DNA of 64,000 bases from Hydrolagus affinis (taxonomy: Eukaryota). Positions 59,291 to 64,000 of the stretch are shown here, piece after piece (position 1 is the stretch's first letter; every line of letters starts with the position of its first letter). Where the stretch lies: positions 1 through 64,000 of the forward strand of contig JAAILG010000029.1 of NCBI GenBank assembly GCA_012026655.1, given 5' to 3'. The notes below the pieces were generated by a model. It was given only the letters and a program-made list of their open reading frames with translations. It made no database searches and was not told where the DNA came from. The translations under genes were made by a program, and so were the position numbers.

Positions 59291-62200
59291 CATGTTCTGT
59301 GTATATTACTTTTTCTGCATGTCAGTGTTGTAAAACTCTCAAAAGATTCAATGCAATGGCAGAGCACACAAATTTGGCAATGTTTACCCCTTTAAATGAT
59401 AAACAGTATTTAATTACTATATCCCAATGCTGATAGATTCGACAATGGTGTCTTTTACAAGTTTTTCTGGATATAACCAATCTTTACCCACATGTGCCAG
59501 TTGGTCAGTTGTGTGTTATTCTAATGAAAACGTTGCAATTGGATAGCACAGAAAAGAATATCAGACTTGCTGATGTTTACACATCGAGATAGTCACCTAT
59601 GTGTCATCAAATAGATAATTTGCTTGCACTTTCACAGTGATGACTTGCTTGATACAGCCATATTTTCCACTGCGTACTGTTTCACAAGAATAAAACCCAT
59701 TGATAAATCAGGTGAGTAACGCATTTTGAGAGGGTGGTCTTCCTTCATTAGCTTTGCTAATATATTGCATTTTCTGACCCATATTCTAAAACCAGAAGAT
59801 TTTCTAGAAAATCTATGCAATCCCCTTCAAAGATGAGCTAATTGTTTCTCACAAGGTTTACCTTTTTATGTTTATATCCAGCACATAACAATGAATTAAC
59901 CAAGTCATGTTGTGGCTCCCCACAGCACAGACATTTTTTCAGTTTCGTGTTTAAGCTATTGGAATTGTATTCGTACTGAGTTAGCATCCAGTAAAGAAAG
60001 GCATTTTTAATTTGCTATTAGTTAAGGAGAGAGCAAATAGTATCACAAATCAGTAACAACTATGATTAGTTCTAATTACATACACAAAATTAAAGTGCCA
60101 TGAATCTACAACCCGCAGCTCTTGAAAATCCCAGTTTTTTTTCTAGGTAGTGTAACTATGAACTGAAGCTTTGGTATGTTGCACTGTATTTAAATGCATC
60201 CTGTACAACAAGGCAGGTTCAAATTTTGACAGCTATCCAATTTCAGATAGAATCTGGACACTGAAGGTCTCTTCAGTGGATGGTTAGAATTTTAGTGCCT
60301 CATTGAGATTACTTCTTAAAAGGCAGTGGAAAGTTTAGCACTGTACCATGTAGACTATATCCTTTGCTAATAATACATGACAGGAACGTTTTACAATCAT
60401 TCAGAAATTCTGAAATACATTAAATAAATTGAATAAGGATCATAGATGGTGGTGTCTTGGTTACAAAGCAGAAGTTCAGCTAACAAATCTAGACACTACA
60501 AACTGAGACGCTTCAGTGGATTAGAAGTGTCACAGAACTGTTCCATGGTTCCACTTAATTTTTGAAATATTTCTTTTTAAAAAAATGGGAAAGCGCATTG
60601 ATATATGAGAGTGTTTTCTTACACTCTTGGCTGGTGGTGCAGTAGAGGAAAGTTGATGAATATAAGAGCTGTAAGAAAACAACAGTGACAAAAGATCTAA
60701 ATGGACAAGGCCCCATGTGATGATACCATTGTATTCAGAGATATTCATCGGGGAGTAATTTTCGGCAGTGAATTACTGCCAAACTGCACTTTGTATATTG
60801 TGCATCAGATGTATTTGTCAGAGCAGCACATTTGTTATACCACATTACCATCAAAATAAATTAGATAAACAAACACATTTGGGGATACACATTTGGGGAA
60901 AAAAATGAACTGCTTTTGAACTACACAATATGGAGATGTACATTTAATACTGGTAAACATGTTATTTTATGAAACTGCTTCTCCTTTATTAGACCTGGAT
61001 GGGAGATGATTCTCACAGTCTCAGGACATTGGAGACTTAGGCTGTTGGATAAGTAGTTGGAGGGAGCAGGGATTCTCCACACTTGAGTGTGGGAAGACAA
61101 CGGAGACAGGTGTTCTGTCATGCCTGGTAGCCTCCTGTGACTGTTAACCTTAATCCACTCCCCCCCACACCTCCCTTGTTTGACAATTGGCTATTGAAGT
61201 GGGGGAAATTCTGTCACTGGGTTACAGCTCCCCAGACTTGAAGTAGGCAAGTCTCTTTGCTCTGCTCCCTGGAACCATCGTATCTGAACTCACTCTGGGC
61301 ACAATCTTAACCAAAATCCCAGTAGAGATAGGCTCACAAAACAGAAGTGCTGTGAGTCTAATTCGACTCCAATTGGCACAAGATTGGCAGCCTCATTTGG
61401 AAGCATCATTGTTCTGGGTGTGATCAAACAATTTTCATCTGAATCTCACTTGTGGTATTGTGATTCCCAGGAGTGAAAGTGTGGAGTGGTTGGGTCTTGG
61501 TGAGTGCTGTGAAACACACATGCTGAGATGAGCTTGAAATTCATCAGCCTGTTGTGTATTCAACCTAATATGTGTCAGGACTCAGCTAACACTATACCTA
61601 AAGGGAATCAGGCACATTACAGTTAGTGATCCCTTAATGAACTGATTGATCCAATGGTAAACACATTCCAGTTCAGTGAGTGTACAGAGCTGTCAGTGGT
61701 ACCGGAGCAAGAAAGCTATTGTAAAACAAGGGAAAAGCATGGATTCTTGTAGTGTTGAACTTGTGACTCCCTCCCCCCACCCCTTACACTAAATATACAG
61801 AACAGTGGAGATACTGATCTGGATGTATACCAGCTACATAGCTTTAATGACACAAGGAATTAGTCCTCAGTGTGGTTTAAAGGCAACTGGATGTCAAATT
61901 GATTTCTGACCCACCACCATTAATTTGTACTGTAGTTACGTTTTAGATTTAAAAATAAATGTGCAACTTTTTTTTAATATTGAATTCTGTTTGCACGCAT
62001 TCGAATCAGGCTGTGAGATGATTTCATTGCTGGAGAACAGGGCAGATTTCCTTGTTGTACCAGTTCTGAGTATGAAATGCCCCCAGGTCAGGTACAGCAT
62101 GGCTTAGATACAACGAGGAGCTCCTGTATTACCATGACAACGTGCCTAGCCCAAACTGCTGAAGTCCTGACTGTATGTGAGAGTGCCTTTTGCCTTCCTT

Positions 62201-63310
62201 GCGCTATCTCTCCCTGCAGTCTTCTACTTGCGATTGACAAATCAATGGTTTTAAGGTTAGCTTTACTCTGTGCTCTCAGGCCCAGTCCAAGCCCAAGTTC
62301 ATCCTATTGCTATTTGAGAGATGGGAGAACCAATATTATAACAACAATGTGTATGTTTTCTAACTATTGTGCGGCAAGAATAAACATTTCTCTCTGGCAG
62401 CTAAACATAAACCACACACACACACACACACACAGGTGCATTTACTGTAATGGGAACCCTTTAAGATATGTTGAAACAGTGACTCAGATGGGAGCTGCTT
62501 AGCAACCAACAATAAAACTGGGTGCAGTTTAATGAGATGCCAATGCAAAATCCCATCACTTATTTATTGCTACTAGCTGTTTAAAGTGGGTAGAATTAAG
62601 GGTGTCAGAAACAGAGTTGTGAGGTTTTTCTTCCTCCGTCACTGAAACCAAATAAGTGACTATATAATTAGGACCTGGCGATACTATGATTTCCAATGTT
62701 GCTTTTATGTGGGCAACGTAATTCTGTTGCGCAACATTACTTTAAATAATAAGGTTTCTTACAATTAATGACATTAAGCTCTTGTACATTGGTCTGTTGG
62801 ACTGTCTGTTTGGCCAAACTTTTCTAGGATTACTGATCTGTGTAATAATAATGCAAATAATTGGCCTGAGTTGGGAACGATTGAGTGTGGGTCCAGGGCC
62901 ATCCCCCTTTGGTTATTGCTGACCTCTTCGCCAGTCAGACATTACTTCAGACTTTACTCATCTTCACTGGTTTGTTTCATAGACTCTATTGTAGGCAAAG
63001 CAGCCAGTCTAACCCTTGCTGTTTACTCATCAAATCCACTCAGTTTTTGACGTGTTTGGGAGTGAGTTCTACTTGTATCACCAGCCTTTGTTTTCAAACA
63101 CTTCATCTTTGCAGTGCTGCTGTGGTAACCATCACTTTGTCACCACAAGGCAGATCTACCAATAGAAACCGATCTTACCTGAAGCAGAATTTGCTTCCCA
63201 GGCGGGAGGGGTTAAAGCTGTCATATCGTTCAACCTCTTTCTACAAGTACAGCCAGAGCCCTAGACTTTCTCTGTGTAGAATATAGTGGCTAAAAGTGCT
63301 AGAGTTATCT

Positions 63311-63425
63311 ATAATAATCCTTGCATTTGTTATAGCGCCTTATCACTCTGTTTAGACATCTCAAACCACTTCATTGTGGTTATATACTGTACTGTAAAGT
63401 GAATTGACTTTAATATATTATGGGA
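63311..63425 (-). mobile_element. SINE 3' half
   Basis: taatccttgcatttgttatagcgcc...gacatctcaaa...actgtaaagtgaattgact. Confidence 0.85.
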
Positions 63426-64000
63426 GAATTAGGAATCACTATTAGGAAGTCAAGTTTGTGATATGTGAAGAAAGATGTCTTTCTTCACATATCAAAAACA
63501 AGTAGCATTTAGTACATGTGCTGTACCACATGCTCAATCCCCCTTGAGTGAGCCCTCACCTCCATCTGGTAAAACTGGTAATTTGACAAAACAAGAGAGA
63601 CTTCCTCTGCTTCTTCTCCTCTCTGGCATTAAAGCAGAACATCACGAGGTGCTGTCACTCCCCCAATGCTGGCAGGACACAGCTAAAGACAGCAAAGCTG
63701 ATTAGAATTGGATTCAAGTGGCATTATGGGCTGTGTGTGCTCAGTGCTGTCCTTTCATCTTTATTGAGCTGATGGGACTAAAAAGATATAAACATTATAG
63801 CCACCCGTGCAATTCCATTGATAAATTTGCTGGCTTTATAACAGGTTCCTGACAGTTGTGGTGAATGCTCTTACTCGGTGTGTAAGGCGATAATAAAATA
63901 GAAATTACATAAAATAAATCAGTTTCAGCTTTTCAGCATTCATCTGTGCTGTCATTGAAAGGAAACTCAAGAATGCTTTCCTTTAGTATTTTACTGCACC

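Noticed and set aside
58952-59395. Recurrent ORF family ending KRYIKCKDYYYY (also 1329, 25108, 36390, 55655)
   Set aside because: Chance translation of the SINE tail and (ATT)n repeat, not a protein family.
59600-59718. Perfect donor CAG|GTGAGT as another alternative first exon
   Set aside because: No ATG in the phase-1 frame back to the upstream stop and no promoter-like context. A non-coding exon cannot be excluded.
8727-60900. Short tandem duplications (8727-8770, 26460-26483, 57165-57198, 60875-60900)
   Set aside because: Ordinary two-copy slippage duplications with no shared sequence.

Overview
This is vertebrate, repeat-rich, almost entirely intronic DNA, not a prokaryotic window. The repeat content (L2/CR1 LINE fragments, tRNA-headed SINEs with (ATT)n tails, Deu-domain SINEs) points to a cartilaginous fish, probably a chimaera such as Callorhinchus milii (inference). 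None of the ORFs in the supplied track is a real host gene. One host coding exon is clearly recognisable: a 30-nt, phase 1-1 microexon at 43184-43213 (+) encoding (G)ISVTKKTHT(S). This matches exon 2 of nuclear receptor RORA (ROR-alpha1 N-terminus, just before QIEIIPCKICGDK), so the window is the 3' end of the large RORA intron 1, exon 2, and part of intron 2. The most interesting new observation is a candidate alternative first coding exon at 40577-40628 (MLSLGSVPPNGEGAKLE-G). It has a strong phase-1 donor, would splice in frame to exon 2, and is preceded by E-box/E'-box motifs. A CpG island straddles the 100-N assembly gap at 53369-53468 and may hide the ROR-alpha4 promoter/first exon. Other points: an L2/SINE 3' stem-loop with compensatory changes across three families, an apparently chimeric tRNA-Ala SINE, and relics resembling Tigger, Helitron, DIRS and LF-SINE elements. 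All family assignments are by eye, from recalled consensus features, and need RepeatMasker/Dfam confirmation. Repeat boundaries are approximate. I found no evidence for a wholly new biological system.
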